Source of the DNA: Thermoanaerobaculia bacterium
Lineage (GTDB): Bacteria > Acidobacteriota > Thermoanaerobaculia > UBA5066
NCBI GenBank assembly: GCA_041482235.1
Contig: JBGPDK010000002.1
Location: 1 to 59,267 of the forward strand
DNA: 59,267 bases
Reading direction: 5' to 3'
Shown here in pieces: positions 26,265-37,098 of this stretch; the stretch's first letter is position 1, and every line of letters begins with the position of its first letter. The position numbers and the translations under genes were made by a program. Under the pieces are notes generated by a model that worked only from the letters and a program-made list of their open reading frames with translations, searched no databases and was not told the origin of the DNA.

Positions 26265-28117
26265 GGCGGGTCCCCCGTCGCGAGGCGGACGGCGAGCCGG
26301 CGGAAGTCGGAGCTGCCGGTGAGCTCGTGCGGCACGAATGTGGGACTCCCGCTCACGCGGAGCACCTGCGCGCCGCGGGGAACGGTCACCGTGAGATCCC
26401 GCGAGGAGGCGCCGGGAAGCTCGAAAGGCGCCTTGCTCCGGCCGTCCACGTCGATTGCGAGCGTCACGGGAAGTCCGTCCGGCCGCGCATTTTCAACGCG
26501 GAACGACACGGAGGTCTCACCCGGAAGAAGCCTGCGGCAGGCCCGCGGACCGCTCCAGCGGAACGGACTCGGCGAAGGGCCCGGGCCATACAGGCCGATC
26601 CAGCGCCCGAGCCGGAACGGCGCCGACGGGCGGGCCGTGGGCAGGACCGCGACGAAGGCTCCGAGCACTCCCGCCGCCACCAGGAGGCCCGCGATGTGGT
26701 CGCCGCGCGCGGGCTCATCCCCGGAGACCGGTACGCGCGCCTCCGCGCGCGGCACGAAGAGAAGGCCCGCGACGAGGCTCGAGAGGAGGCCGATCTCGGG
26801 AAACCGCAGGTGCGAGCCGGTCTGGCAGGCCACGACGAGTCCGAGGAGCGCGGCGCCGGCGGCGCGCGCCGTCGGATCGAGCGCCGTCTTCGCGAAGGCC
26901 GCCCCCCACGCGCGGGCGAGGAGCGGGGAGACCGCGGCGAACGCGAGAATGAGCCCGGGCAGCCCGAACTCGGCGGCGACCTCGAGGATGGCGTTCGTCG
27001 CGCTGTCCGTCACGGCGATCTCGCCGTGACGGCGCGCGTACGCGCCCGGGAACTCATATGGAAAACCGGCGAGACCGATTCCCGAGAGCGGCTCGTCCCA
27101 ACTCATCTCGAGCGCCGTCCGCCAGAAGACCGTGCGATGGTTCGCGAGGTCGGCGAAGCTGGACGAGGAGAGGCCGGCGCCAAGACGTTGAAGAAGACCG
27201 CCCACCGCGATGCCTCCGCCGCGCGGCAGGGCGGGAACGAGCGCAGCGGCGGCGATCAGGGCGGCCGCCAGGGTCGCCAGGAGGACCTTCCCGGAAACGA
27301 GACGGGCGCGCGCGAGCCCGATCGCCCCCGCCACAACCGCCGTCGCGGCGAGAAGGAGGCCCGTGCGGGAGCCCGAGGATTCGAGCGCGAGGGGTGCCGC
27401 GGCGAGTGCCACGAGCGCCGCGCCCCGCCGGACCACGTCCGTTGAGGTTCCGCGGCGAGCCAGCGCCGCGATGAGGAGAGGCACGAGGAGGCCGATGCCG
27501 ACCCCGAGGGCGTTCGGGTCCGTAAACGTCCCGGTACGGCGGTGCAACCGGGACCACGGGTCGGAGGACGGCTCGAACCAGCTCGTGGCCGCGATGGCGA
27601 AGGCGGCTGCAGCGCCCGCCGCCGTCGCGAGGAGGAGGCGGTCGCGGCCCTCGGGTGAGCGGGACAGGCGCGAGAAGACCTCGAGTGCGAGGAGCAGGAG
27701 CGCGAGGCCGAGAAACGCGAGGATCGCGTCGCGGCTCCTCCCGGCCGCCGTCATGCCGAGCGCATTCACGGGCAGCGGCTCGACCCGCCCGCGGAAGAGG
27801 AGATAGAGAGTCTCGCCGCGCGCGACGGACGCGGCGGCTGAGCCCGCCGCGAGCACGAGAAAGGCGCCGGCGAACCGGAGAAGGCGGGGCGGGAGAAGCG
27901 AGCGCTCATCGCGCCTGAAGGTGCCCGCGAGCGCGCTTCCGAGGACGGCGAACGCCAGAGCGTACAGGGCGGGAGTCCCGGCCCCGTCGCCGAGGAGACG
28001 CGCGAGGCCCGGCGCTAGAGGCGCGAGAAACGCGAGGCAGAGCGAGGCGATCTGCGGGCTGAAAAAGCCGAGCGCGAGTCCGGCGGCCGCGAGACCCAGC
28101 GTGCCGCCGCGCGTCAC
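26261..28117 (-). CDS. O-antigen ligase/polymerase-like (Wzy_C) membrane protein, paralogue
   Basis: Same architecture (WDEPLSGIGLAGFPYEF loop, soluble tail). The frame stays open up into carB (ORF 26261..30052), but no ATG or GTG exists between 28117 and the carB stop. GTG at 28117 gives M-TRGGT followed by a TM helix. Confidence 0.55.
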   Translation of the reverse strand: MTRGGTLGLAAAGLALGFFSPQIASLCLAFLAPLAPGLARLLGDGAGTPALYALAFAVLGSALAGTFRRDERSLLPPRLLRFAGAFLVLAAGSAAASVARGETLYLLFRGRVEPLPVNALGMTAAGRSRDAILAFLGLALLLLALEVFSRLSRSPEGRDRLLLATAAGAAAAFAIAATSWFEPSSDPWSRLHRRTGTFTDPNALGVGIGLLVPLLIAALARRGTSTDVVRRGAALVALAAAPLALESSGSRTGLLLAATAVVAGAIGLARARLVSGKVLLATLAAALIAAAALVPALPRGGGIAVGGLLQRLGAGLSSSSFADLANHRTVFWRTALEMSWDEPLSGIGLAGFPYEFPGAYARRHGEIAVTDSATNAILEVAAEFGLPGLILAFAAVSPLLARAWGAAFAKTALDPTARAAGAALLGLVVACQTGSHLRFPEIGLLSSLVAGLLFVPRAEARVPVSGDEPARGDHIAGLLVAAGVLGAFVAVLPTARPSAPFRLGRWIGLYGPGPSPSPFRWSGPRACRRLLPGETSVSFRVENARPDGLPVTLAIDVDGRSKAPFELPGASSRDLTVTVPRGAQVLRVSGSPTFVPHELTGSSDFRRLAVRLATGDPP

Positions 28118-28206
28118 GGATGACGTCGAGGCTGGAAAGGTTCCGAAGGCGAGGGCCAGGAGGACGATCGTCGCGCCGAAGGCGAGGGCCCCGCGGCGCG
28201 CCGGGC

Positions 28207-31200
28207 TCAGACGCGTACCTCTTCCTGGAGCGGAGCGTAGGCGAGGGCGCCCGCGGCGCGGGCGCGAATGGCTTCGAGCGCCGCCGAGGCGGCCGAGAGC
28301 GTCGTCAGACACGGCACGTCGCGGTCGAGCGCCGCGCGGCGGATCGCGACCTCGTCGTAAAACGACTCCTTGCCGAGCGGCGTGTTCACGATGAGATCGA
28401 CGCTGCCGTTGATCATGAGATCCACGATGTTCGGGCGGCCCTCGTTCACCTTGAGCACCGTTTCCGCCGTGAGGCCGCCTTTCGCGAGCGCCCGGGCGGT
28501 GCCGGTCGTGGCGAGGAGGCGAAAGCCCAGCGCGTCGAGCTCGCGCGCGAGCGGCAGCAGCGCGTCCTTGTCGCCGTCGTGAACCGAGAGGAAGGCGTTG
28601 CCCTTCTCGGGCAGCCGGAGGCCGGCGCCGAGCGCGGCCTTCAGGAATGCGAGGCCGAAGCTCCGGTCGCGCCCCATGACCTCGCCGGTCGAGCGCATCT
28701 CCGGGCCGAGAATCGTGTCCACGCCCTCGAAGCGCCGGAACGGGAACACGGGCGCCTTGATGGAGAAACCGAGGACGGGCGGCTCTTCGGTGAGGCCGAC
28801 ACCCGGAAGCGTCTCGCCGAGGCAGAGGCGCGCGGCGAGGCGCGCGAACGGCACGCCCGTGGACTTTGCCACGAACGGCACCGTGCGCGAGGCCCGGGGG
28901 TTCACCTCGAGGACAAAGAGTTCGCCCCCGCGGATCGCGTACTGCACGTTCATGAGGCCCACGACCCCGAGCGCCTGCCCGAGCCTGACCGTGGCCTGGC
29001 GGATCTCGCCGAGCGCCGCGCGCGGCACGCGCCGGTAAGGTGGCAGGACGGCGTACGAGTCGCCCGAGTGGATGCCCGCCTCTTCGATGTGCTGCATGAC
29101 GCCCGCGATCACGACGTGCTCGCCGTCGCCGAGAGCGTCGACGTCGAGCTCGTAGGCGTCCTCGAGGAAGCGATCGATGAGGACGGGACGGTCCGGGAAG
29201 GCGGCGATTGCCTCCTCGAGGACCTTTTCGAGGGCTTCTTCGTCGTAAGCGATTCTCATCGCCCGCCCGCCGAGCACGTAGCTCGGCCGGACGAGAAGCG
29301 GAAAGCCGAGGCGGCGCCCGACTTTGAGGCCCGCGACGACGTCTCGGGCGGCTCCCCACGGCGGAGCTTGCAGGTTCAGGTCGCGAAGCAGGTCGCCGAA
29401 CCGCTCGCGATCCTCTGCGCGATCGATCGCGTCCGGAGACGTGCCGAGGATCGGGACACCGGCGGCCTCGAGCGCCTTCGCGAGCTTCAGCGGCGTCTGG
29501 CCGCCGAACTGCACGAGAACGCCCTTCGGCGTCTCGCGTTCGACGACCGCCAGGACGTCCTCGAGAGAAAGGGGCTCGAAATAGAGCCGGTCGGACGTGT
29601 CGTAGTCCGTCGAGACCGTCTCGGGATTGCAGTTGATCATCACGGACTCGTAGCCGGCGCCGGTGATCGCTTCGGCCGCGTGGACGCAGCAATAGTCGAA
29701 TTCGAGGCCCTGACCGATCCGGTTCGGGCCGGAGCCGAGCACGATGACCTTCTCCTTGTCCGGGGAATCGGTTTCGTCTTCGGTCTCGTAGCAGGAGTAG
29801 AGGTACGGCGTCCGCGATTCGAATTCCGCCGCGCACGTGTCGACGCGGCTGAAGACGGGCGTCACGCCGCGGCGCGTCCTCGCCGCGCGCACGTCCGCGG
29901 CCGTCGATCCCGTCAGGAGCGCGAGATCGGGGTCCGAGAAGCCGTTCCGTTTGGCGCTGCGGAGGAGATCCGCGTCGTCGAGCGCCCTCGCGCCCGCCGC
30001 GCGCACGTCGCGCTCGATGGAGAGCGCCTCCTGGAAGCGGTCGAGGAACCACGGGTCGATGCTCGTGACGTCGGCGACGGTCGCCACCGGCGTGCCGGCG
30101 CGAAGGGCCGCGAGGACCGCGAAGATCCGCTCAGGCCGCGCGACGCGGAGAGCTTCGGGCTTCGGCGGAGCCGGCGGCGAGGCGGAGGGCGGGTCGATCC
30201 ACCCGGTGCGTCCCGTCTCGAGGGAGCGCAGCGCCTTCCCGAACGACTCGGCGAACGTGCGTCCGAGAGCCATGACCTCGCCCACGGACTTCATCTGGAC
30301 GCCGAGCGTCGTGTCGGCGCCGGGAAACTTCTCGAACGCGAAGCGCGGGATCTTCACGACGACGTAGTCGAGCGTGGGCTCGAAGGAGGCCGGCGTCTTC
30401 TTCGTGATGTCGTTCGGGATCTCGTCGAGCCGATACCCCACCGCGAGGAGCGCGGCGATCTTCGCGATCGGGAACCCGGTCGCTTTCGAGGCGAGCGCGG
30501 AAGAACGCGAGACGCGCGGGTTCATCTCGATGACGATCCGGCGCCCGGTCTTCGGGTGGACGGCGAACTGGATGTTCGAGCCGCCCGTCGCGACGCCGAC
30601 GGCGCGAATGACCTTTTTCGCGTCGTCACGCATGGCCTGATACTCCACGTCCGAGAGCGTCATTTGCGGCGCGACGGTGATGGAGTCGCCCGTGTGGACG
30701 CCCATCGGGTCGAGGTTCTCGATGGAGCACACGACGACGAACGTATCGGCCGCGTCGCGCATGACCTCGAGCTCGAACTCCTTCCACCCGAGGACCGATT
30801 CCTCGATGAGGATCTCGTGGACGGGGGAGAGCGTGAGCCCGCGCCTGACGATGGCGTCGAAGTCGTCCTTGTTGAAGGCGATTCCGCCGCCCGTGCCCCC
30901 GAGCGTGAAGGATGGGCGGACGACGACGGGATAGCCGAACGGCGCCGCGAGGGCGCGCGCCTCTTCGAGGGTCTTCGCGATCCCCGAGAGCAGGACGTCG
31001 ACTCCGGCTCCCTGCATGGCCTGTTTGAAGAGAAGGCGGTCCTCGCCGAGTCTGACCGAGCGCACGGACGCGCCCAGGGACTCGACGCCGTGCCTCGCGA
31101 GGACGCCGGCTTCGTCGAGGGCCACTGCGAGGTTGAGCGCCGTCTGCCCGCCGACGGTCGGCAGGAGCGCGTCCGGCTTCTCCTGCGCGATGATCGCCGC

Positions 31201-31422
31201 GACGGTGTCGCGCTCGAGGGGCTCGATGTACGTCGCGTCCGCGAACTCCGGGTCCGTCATGATCGTCGCGGGATTCGAGTTCACGAGGACGACGCGGTAG
31301 CCCTCGCGGCGGAGCGCCCGGCAGGCCTGCGTGCCGGAATAGTCGAACTCGCAGCCCTGGCCGATCACGATCGGCCCCGAGCCCAGCACGAGAATCGACT
31401 TGATGTCCGTCCGTTTCGGCAT
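28207..31422 (-). CDS. carB: carbamoyl-phosphate synthase large subunit
   Basis: 1071 aa. [25 protein letters not shown]-terminus, a duplicated ATP-grasp half ([21 protein letters not shown]) and an MGS-like C-terminus. Confidence 0.95.
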   Translation of the reverse strand: MPKRTDIKSILVLGSGPIVIGQGCEFDYSGTQACRALRREGYRVVLVNSNPATIMTDPEFADATYIEPLERDTVAAIIAQEKPDALLPTVGGQTALNLAVALDEAGVLARHGVESLGASVRSVRLGEDRLLFKQAMQGAGVDVLLSGIAKTLEEARALAAPFGYPVVVRPSFTLGGTGGGIAFNKDDFDAIVRRGLTLSPVHEILIEESVLGWKEFELEVMRDAADTFVVVCSIENLDPMGVHTGDSITVAPQMTLSDVEYQAMRDDAKKVIRAVGVATGGSNIQFAVHPKTGRRIVIEMNPRVSRSSALASKATGFPIAKIAALLAVGYRLDEIPNDITKKTPASFEPTLDYVVVKIPRFAFEKFPGADTTLGVQMKSVGEVMALGRTFAESFGKALRSLETGRTGWIDPPSASPPAPPKPEALRVARPERIFAVLAALRAGTPVATVADVTSIDPWFLDRFQEALSIERDVRAAGARALDDADLLRSAKRNGFSDPDLALLTGSTAADVRAARTRRGVTPVFSRVDTCAAEFESRTPYLYSCYETEDETDSPDKEKVIVLGSGPNRIGQGLEFDYCCVHAAEAITGAGYESVMINCNPETVSTDYDTSDRLYFEPLSLEDVLAVVERETPKGVLVQFGGQTPLKLAKALEAAGVPILGTSPDAIDRAEDRERFGDLLRDLNLQAPPWGAARDVVAGLKVGRRLGFPLLVRPSYVLGGRAMRIAYDEEALEKVLEEAIAAFPDRPVLIDRFLEDAYELDVDALGDGEHVVIAGVMQHIEEAGIHSGDSYAVLPPYRRVPRAALGEIRQATVRLGQALGVVGLMNVQYAIRGGELFVLEVNPRASRTVPFVAKSTGVPFARLAARLCLGETLPGVGLTEEPPVLGFSIKAPVFPFRRFEGVDTILGPEMRSTGEVMGRDRSFGLAFLKAALGAGLRLPEKGNAFLSVHDGDKDALLPLARELDALGFRLLATTGTARALAKGGLTAETVLKVNEGRPNIVDLMINGSVDLIVNTPLGKESFYDEVAIRRAALDRDVPCLTTLSAASAALEAIRARAAGALAYAPLQEEVRV

Positions 31423-31534
31423 CGGTGGCGCAGTTTACGGGAAGCGCGCCGGAATCCCTCTGGCGCCGCGGCGGGGCGCGAAGTAGAGTCCCGCGAGTTT
31501 CGAAGAGCAACAGGAAGGACTACGTCGTCGTGCG

Positions 31535-31954
31535 GTGATGGGACTCCTCGATGCGCTCATGAAAGAGGTCGGTGCCGCGGTGGGCGGCGCCGACCCCGCG
31601 CGCCAGGGCCTCGCGAGCGAGCTCTGCAACATGGTCACGGGACGGGGCGGCCCGGGCCTCCAGAGCCTCGTGGATCTCTTTTACCAGAAGGGACTCGGCG
31701 ACGAGATCTCCTCGTGGATCTCGAGGCATCCGAATCTGCCGATCACGCCGCAGCAGATTTCCAGCGTTCTCGGCGACGAAAAGGTGAAGGAGCTTGCGAA
31801 AAAGGCCGGGATCTCCAGCCAGGACGCGAGCGAGGCGATCTCCCAAATGCTCCCTCGGATCGTCGACATGGCGACGCCGAGCGGTCAGATGCCGGGGGGT
31901 GCGATGGCTGGGGGCGGCATCCTCGACGCGATCTCGGGGATCTTCAAGAAGTGA
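31535..31954 (+). CDS. YidB family protein (DUF937)
   Basis: GLLDALM...GLQSLVDLFYQKGLGDEISSWIS...PITPQQISSVLG...LAKKAGIS matches the remembered YidB pattern. Confidence 0.7.
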   Translation: MMGLLDALMKEVGAAVGGADPARQGLASELCNMVTGRGGPGLQSLVDLFYQKGLGDEISSWISRHPNLPITPQQISSVLGDEKVKELAKKAGISSQDASEAISQMLPRIVDMATPSGQMPGGAMAGGGILDAISGIFKK

Positions 31955-31971
31955 CCTGGATGTGTCGCCGG

Positions 31972-32580
31972 CTAGAACGTCCGCGTGTATACGTACGTGA
32001 AGCCCGTGGCCCGGCACTTCTTGACGGGGGGCTGGAATTTCACCCCCAAAACCTCGCTCTTCGCCATCTCGGCGCGCTCCGGCGAGCCCGTCTCGTTCGT
32101 CACGACACGCACGGCCTTCACGTCGCCCCTTTCGTCGACGTCCGCCTCCACGACGACCTTGCCCCGGGCTCCCGGCGCGCCGGCTTCGGACATGTGGAGC
32201 ATCGGCGGCAGGAGAAGCAGCTCGCGGCGGTCCGCCAGGCAGCCGTCGTCTTTCTTGACCAGATCGCGGCGCACCCACCCGATCTGCGCGTTGGCCAGCT
32301 TCACGCGTAGCCAGCCGACCTTTTCATCCAGGAAGGTCATTCGGTCTCCCTTCTTCAGGCGGCCGAGCGCCGCCGAGGAAGCGGCCGGCGACTTTCTCAG
32401 ATTCGCGGTCTTCGCCGCGACGACATAGACCGCGCCGGTCGAGGTCGTGTCGGACGGTTTCTCCGGCGTTTCGGCCGGCACTCTCTCCGGCGCGGGAGCC
32501 GGCGGAGGCGGGGCGGAGGCGCACCCGAAAAGACCGGCCGCGAACGCCGCGGCCGCGGCCGCCGCGAGCGCGCGCTTCAT
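31972..32580 (-). CDS. lipoprotein with an SH3-like domain and a TonB-C-like domain
   Basis: Lipobox LFGC after [16 protein letters not shown], an SH3b-like block (ANLRKSPAASSAALGRLKKGDRMTFLDEKVGWLRV) and a TonB_C-like tail. Only the last 202 aa of ORF 31972..34512 are used. Confidence 0.6.
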   Translation of the reverse strand: MKRALAAAAAAAFAAGLFGCASAPPPPAPAPERVPAETPEKPSDTTSTGAVYVVAAKTANLRKSPAASSAALGRLKKGDRMTFLDEKVGWLRVKLANAQIGWVRRDLVKKDDGCLADRRELLLLPPMLHMSEAGAPGARGKVVVEADVDERGDVKAVRVVTNETGSPERAEMAKSEVLGVKFQPPVKKCRATGFTYVYTRTF

Positions 32581-34715
32581 CGCGGGGAGCCTCCGATCGT
32601 CTTCGCGAGGAAGGCGAGCTGGTCCGTGGCCTCTTCGATGAGCTTCGCCGTAGGCTTGCCGGCGCCGTGGCCCGCTCGTGTCTCGACGCGGATCAGGATC
32701 GGCGCGTCGCCCGCCTGCGCTTCCTGAAGCGCCGCCGCGTACTTGAAGGAGTGCGCGGGGACGACCCGGTCGTCGTGGTCGGCGGTCGTGACGAGGACGG
32801 GCGGATACGCGGTGCCCTTCCGGATGTTGTGGAGCGGAGAGTACGGGTAGATGAACTTGAACTGGTCGGAGTTCTCCGCCGAGCCGTACTCGCTCGTCCA
32901 CGCCCAGCCGATCGTGAACTTCTGGAAGCGGAGCATGTCCATGACGCCCACCGAAGGAAGAGCCGCGCCGAACAGCTCCGGATGCTGGTTCAGGGTCGCG
33001 CCCACGAGGAGGCCCCCGTTCGAGCCGCCCGCGATCGCGAGCTTCTTCGCCGACGTGACCTTGTTCGCGATGAGCCACCGGGCCGCGGCCGCGAAGTCGT
33101 CGAAGACGTTCTGCTTCTTCTCGAGCATCCCGGCCCTGTGCCACTCCTCGCCGTACTCCGAGCCGCCGCGCAGGCATGCCTGCGCGTAGACGCCGCCGCG
33201 CTCGACGAACGCGAGATTCTTCACGGAGAACGACGGCAGCATCGGGATGTTGAAGCCGCCATACGCGAAGAGCATCGCGGGGTTCGTGCCGTCCCACTTC
33301 GTGCCCTTTTTCGCGACGAGGAACATCGGCACGGCCGTGCCGTCCTTGCCCGGGTAGAAGACCTGCTTCGTCTCGAACGCGGCCGGGTCGAAGTCCACCC
33401 GGGGCTTCCGGAAGATCGTCGCGGTCGCCGTCGCCAGGTCGAGCCGGAAGACGGTCGAGGGGTACGTGAAGGACGTGAACGAGAAGAACGTGTCCTTGTC
33501 GGCCAGGCGGCCCGCGAACCCGCTCACCGTGCCGAGGGCGGGCAGCGCGACCTCCTTCGCTGGCTTGCCGTTGCGGCCGTAGAGACGGACGCGCTCGGAG
33601 CCGTCCTGCATCGTGACGGCGACAAACCGGCCGCCGACCGAGTGGATGCTCTGGAGCACGGAGTCCCCCTCGGGGATCACGTTCATGAGGACTGGTGCCG
33701 GAGCCGCGAGGTCCACGGAGATGAGCCGGCCGCGCGGGGCGCCCCGGTCCGTGCGCAGGTAGGCCGTCGTCCCCTCGCTGTCGACCCAGCTCCACCGCGA
33801 TTCGAAGTCGTCGAAGAGCTTGAGGAAGGGCGAGCCTTCGCGAGAAAGATCCTTTACCCAGAGCCGGTTCTTTCCGCTCGAGCCGCGCGAGATGGACAGC
33901 ACGAGCCAGCGCCCGTCCTCCGAGACGCGCACCTGATGGAGGAAGTTCGGATCCTCCGGGGCGTGGACGAGGACGTCGGTCGCCTGCGGCGTGCGCAGCC
34001 GGTGGAAGTAGACCTTCTGGTTCTTCACGACGGCGTCCAGCTCGCGGCCGGAGGGGGGCGCGTCGTAACGAGCATAGTAAAAGCCTCTGCCGTCGGCCGT
34101 GAAGGCGGGCGACGAACCCCGCACCCACGTAAGGACGTCGCTGGTATTCCGACCGGTCTCGACGTCGAGGACGCGCCACTCCTGCCAGTCCGAGCCGGCC
34201 GAGGCGACGGCGTACGCGAGGCTTTTCCCGTCTCGGGAGATCGCCGTGCCGGCGAGGGCCACGGTGCCGTCCTTCGAAAGGCCGTTCGGGTCGAAGAGCA
34301 CGCGGGGCGCGGCCCCGTCGGCGTCCACGACATGGAGGACCGCCTGATTCTGAAGGCCGTCGTTGCGGGAATAGAAGAGGCGTCCGCCTTCCCGCACCGG
34401 CGTCGAGAAGCGCTCGTAGTTCCAGAGCTTCGTGAGCCGCTCGTGGATCGCCGCGCGTTCCGGAATGGCGTCGAGAAAGGCGCGCGTCACCGTGTTCTCG
34501 GCGTCGATCCACGCGCGCGTCGCCGGCGCATCCGGGTCCTCGAGCGGGCGGAAGGGATCGCTTACCAGGGTCCCGTGGTAGTCGTCCGTCTGCTCGGCGT
34601 GCGGCGCCCTGGGGTATGCGGGCCGGGCGGAGGCTCCGGCCGCGGCGAGGCCCTGCGCGGCGAGAACGCCGACGGAAAGGGACAGCGCGAGGGTCCGGAT
34701 GGGCGCGTGATGCAT
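32577..34715 (-). CDS. prolyl oligopeptidase (S9A family)
   Basis: DDYHG...DPFRPLED N-terminus, beta-propeller region, catalytic GGSNGGLL serine block and a C-terminal DHDDRV. I chose the start at [12 protein letters not shown] (signal peptide). Confidence 0.85.
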   Translation of the reverse strand: MHHAPIRTLALSLSVGVLAAQGLAAAGASARPAYPRAPHAEQTDDYHGTLVSDPFRPLEDPDAPATRAWIDAENTVTRAFLDAIPERAAIHERLTKLWNYERFSTPVREGGRLFYSRNDGLQNQAVLHVVDADGAAPRVLFDPNGLSKDGTVALAGTAISRDGKSLAYAVASAGSDWQEWRVLDVETGRNTSDVLTWVRGSSPAFTADGRGFYYARYDAPPSGRELDAVVKNQKVYFHRLRTPQATDVLVHAPEDPNFLHQVRVSEDGRWLVLSISRGSSGKNRLWVKDLSREGSPFLKLFDDFESRWSWVDSEGTTAYLRTDRGAPRGRLISVDLAAPAPVLMNVIPEGDSVLQSIHSVGGRFVAVTMQDGSERVRLYGRNGKPAKEVALPALGTVSGFAGRLADKDTFFSFTSFTYPSTVFRLDLATATATIFRKPRVDFDPAAFETKQVFYPGKDGTAVPMFLVAKKGTKWDGTNPAMLFAYGGFNIPMLPSFSVKNLAFVERGGVYAQACLRGGSEYGEEWHRAGMLEKKQNVFDDFAAAARWLIANKVTSAKKLAIAGGSNGGLLVGATLNQHPELFGAALPSVGVMDMLRFQKFTIGWAWTSEYGSAENSDQFKFIYPYSPLHNIRKGTAYPPVLVTTADHDDRVVPAHSFKYAAALQEAQAGDAPILIRVETRAGHGAGKPTAKLIEEATDQLAFLAKTIGGSPR

Positions 34716-34759
34716 GTAACTGATCCTATCGCGGGGGCCCGGCGGTACCATCCCCCGGC

Positions 34760-36136
34760 ATGTCACGAACCATCGCGATTCACAAGTTCGGCGGGACGTC
34801 GCTGGGTGACGCTTCCCGCATCCGCAACGCCGCCCGGCTCCTCGCCTCCGCGCGCCGGCGGCGGCCCGTGGTGGCCGTCGCGTCGGCCATGGGAGGCGTG
34901 ACGGACGTCCTCCTTCAGGCCGCGCGCGACGCCGAGCGCGGCCGCATCGGTCTCGCCCGCAGGGCCGTCGACGCGCTGCACGCGCGCCACGCCGCTGCCG
35001 CCAGAGAGCTGGGCGTGCGCTTCGAGGCGGCGCCGCTGCGCGAGCTTTCCGCCGCCCTCGAAGGCGTGGCCCTTCTCCGCGAGCGCACCGCCCGCGTGAC
35101 CGACCTCGTCTCCTCGTTCGGCGAGCGACTTTCTGCGCCGCTTCTCGCGGCCGCGCTCGCGAAAGCCGGCGTTCCGGCGCGCGCCGTCGACGCCCGCGAG
35201 ATGCTCGTCACCGACGATCGCCACGGCGCGGCCACGTGCGACCGCAAGCGGAGCGACCCGCGCGTGAGGCGCCGCCTGCGCCCGCTTCTGTCGAGCGGCG
35301 TCCTGCCCGTCGTGACGGGCTTCATCGCCCGAAGCTCGAAGGGCGAGACGACGACACTCGGCCGCTCCGGCTCGGACACGACGGCCGCTCTCCTCGGGGC
35401 CGCTCTCCTGGCCCGCGAGGTCGTGATCTGGACGGACGTGGACGGCGTCCTCTCGGCCGACCCCCGTCTCGTGAAGGGAGCCCGCCTCCTCCCGCGCCTC
35501 TCCTATCTCGAAGCGGCGGAGATGACGTTCTTCGGCGCGAAGGTCCTGCATTTCCCGGCGGTGCTCCCCGCGATCGCGGAGGGGATCCCGCTCGTCATCC
35601 GAAATTCCTTCCGGCCGGAGATCCGCGGCACCACGATCACCGCGAAGGGCGACGGTGCAAAGGGCATCCGCGCCGTCACGGCGGTCCCGGGGATGTGCCT
35701 GCTTTCCCTGGACGGGCGCGGGATGACGGGCATCCCCGGCATCGCGGCCCGCGTGTTCTCGGCCACCGCCCGGCTCGGCGTCTCGGTCGTCATGTTCTCG
35801 CAGGCGTCCTCGGAGCAGAACATCGCGCTCGTGATCCCGGAGGGCGACCGCGCCCGCACCGTGGCGGCGCTGGAGCAGGAGTTCCGCTGGGAGCGTCTCA
35901 CGGGCTCGATCGAAGCCGTGAACGCGCGCGCGCCGATCGCGGTCGTCGCGGCGGTGGGAGAGGGAATGCGCGGCACCCCCGGGATTGCCGCGAAGGTCTT
36001 CGCGGCCGTCGCGCGGGCGAAGGTCAACGTCGAGGCCATCGCGCAGGGCTCCTCGGAGTGCAACATCAGCTTCGCCGTGGACGGGAAGGACCGGGACAAA
36101 GCGGTCAGGGCGTTGCATCGGGTGGTTGCGATTTGA
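34760..36136 (+). CDS. lysC: aspartate kinase
   Basis: IHKFGGTSLG N-terminus, GRSGSDTTA, VIWTDVDGVLSADPR and two C-terminal ACT repeats. Confidence 0.9.
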   Translation: MSRTIAIHKFGGTSLGDASRIRNAARLLASARRRRPVVAVASAMGGVTDVLLQAARDAERGRIGLARRAVDALHARHAAAARELGVRFEAAPLRELSAALEGVALLRERTARVTDLVSSFGERLSAPLLAAALAKAGVPARAVDAREMLVTDDRHGAATCDRKRSDPRVRRRLRPLLSSGVLPVVTGFIARSSKGETTTLGRSGSDTTAALLGAALLAREVVIWTDVDGVLSADPRLVKGARLLPRLSYLEAAEMTFFGAKVLHFPAVLPAIAEGIPLVIRNSFRPEIRGTTITAKGDGAKGIRAVTAVPGMCLLSLDGRGMTGIPGIAARVFSATARLGVSVVMFSQASSEQNIALVIPEGDRARTVAALEQEFRWERLTGSIEAVNARAPIAVVAAVGEGMRGTPGIAAKVFAAVARAKVNVEAIAQGSSECNISFAVDGKDRDKAVRALHRVVAI

Positions 36137-37098
36137 TGCGAGGGGGGAGTGGATCCGTTTCGGTGTTCGCTCCCGCGTCCGTCGCGAACTTCGGAGTCGG
36201 CTTCGACGTGCTCGGGGCGGCGCTGGACGGGCCGGGCGACAGGATCGCCGCCCGGCTCTCTCGCGCGCCTGGCGTGAGGGTCGTCTCGATCACGGGCGAC
36301 GGCGGGCGCCTCCCGCGGAATCCGAGGCGCAACACCGCGGCCGTCGCCGCCATGGCGGTCCTCGCGGAATTCGGCGGCCGCCGCGACGGAATCGAGCTGT
36401 CTCTCGAGAAGGGACTGCCGTTTTCGAGCGGGCTCGGATCGTCCGCAGCCTCGGCCGCCGCCGGCGCTTTCGCCGCCGCCCTCCTTCTCGGCGTGCCCGA
36501 CCGCACGAAGCTCCTCGGCGCGGCGCTGAAGGGGGAGCACGCGGCCGACGGCTCGTGGCACGGCGACAACGTGTTCGCCGCGCTTCTGGGCGGGATCGTC
36601 CTCGTGCCCTCCTCGGACCCCGGCGTCACCCTGGCGCCCTTCGCGCTGCGCGTGCCGGCGCGCCTCCGCCTCGTGCTCGTCCATCCCGACCTCGAGCTGC
36701 CCACGCGCCTCTCGCGCGGCGTCCTGCCGCGGACGATTCCGATGGGTGCGCATTCCAGGCACGCCGGCGCCCTCGCGCGCCTCGTGCTCGCGCTCTCCTC
36801 GGGGGATCTCGCCGCGGCCGGAGAGTGCCTCCTCGCGGACCGGCTCGTGGACCCGAAGCGCATTCCGCTGGTGCCGGGCGGACGCGCCGCTCTCGACGCG
36901 CTCCTCGAGGCGGGCGCGTACGGCGCCTGCCTCGCGGGAGCCGGGCCGTCCCTCGTCGCTCTCACCGAAGAGTCAGCGGACGCGGAGAGGATCGGCCGGG
37001 CGGCCGTGGCGAAATGGAAGCGCGCGGGGATCGCGGCGCACGCCCGCGTGCACGACATCGACAGGCTCGGCACGAGGCGCGCCGGGAGGCGCGCGTGA
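36136..37098 (+). CDS. thrB: homoserine kinase
   Basis: APASVANFGVGFDVLG N-terminus and the GHMP kinase motif GLPFSSGLGSSAASAAA. 1-nt overlap (TGATG) with lysC. Confidence 0.85.
   Translation: MRGGSGSVSVFAPASVANFGVGFDVLGAALDGPGDRIAARLSRAPGVRVVSITGDGGRLPRNPRRNTAAVAAMAVLAEFGGRRDGIELSLEKGLPFSSGLGSSAASAAAGAFAAALLLGVPDRTKLLGAALKGEHAADGSWHGDNVFAALLGGIVLVPSSDPGVTLAPFALRVPARLRLVLVHPDLELPTRLSRGVLPRTIPMGAHSRHAGALARLVLALSSGDLAAAGECLLADRLVDPKRIPLVPGGRAALDALLEAGAYGACLAGAGPSLVALTEESADAERIGRAAVAKWKRAGIAAHARVHDIDRLGTRRAGRRA

Noticed and set aside
26261-30052. A 1263 aa ORF that appears to be one giant protein.
   Set aside because: Only the part below about 28117-28210 has membrane-protein character. The upstream two-thirds is an Arg-rich alternative frame of carB (28207..31422), which is unambiguous.
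31972-34512. An 846 aa ORF on the minus strand.
   Set aside because: Only the last 202 codons (MKRAL... lipobox onward) look like a real protein. The rest is an alternative frame of the prolyl oligopeptidase gene.
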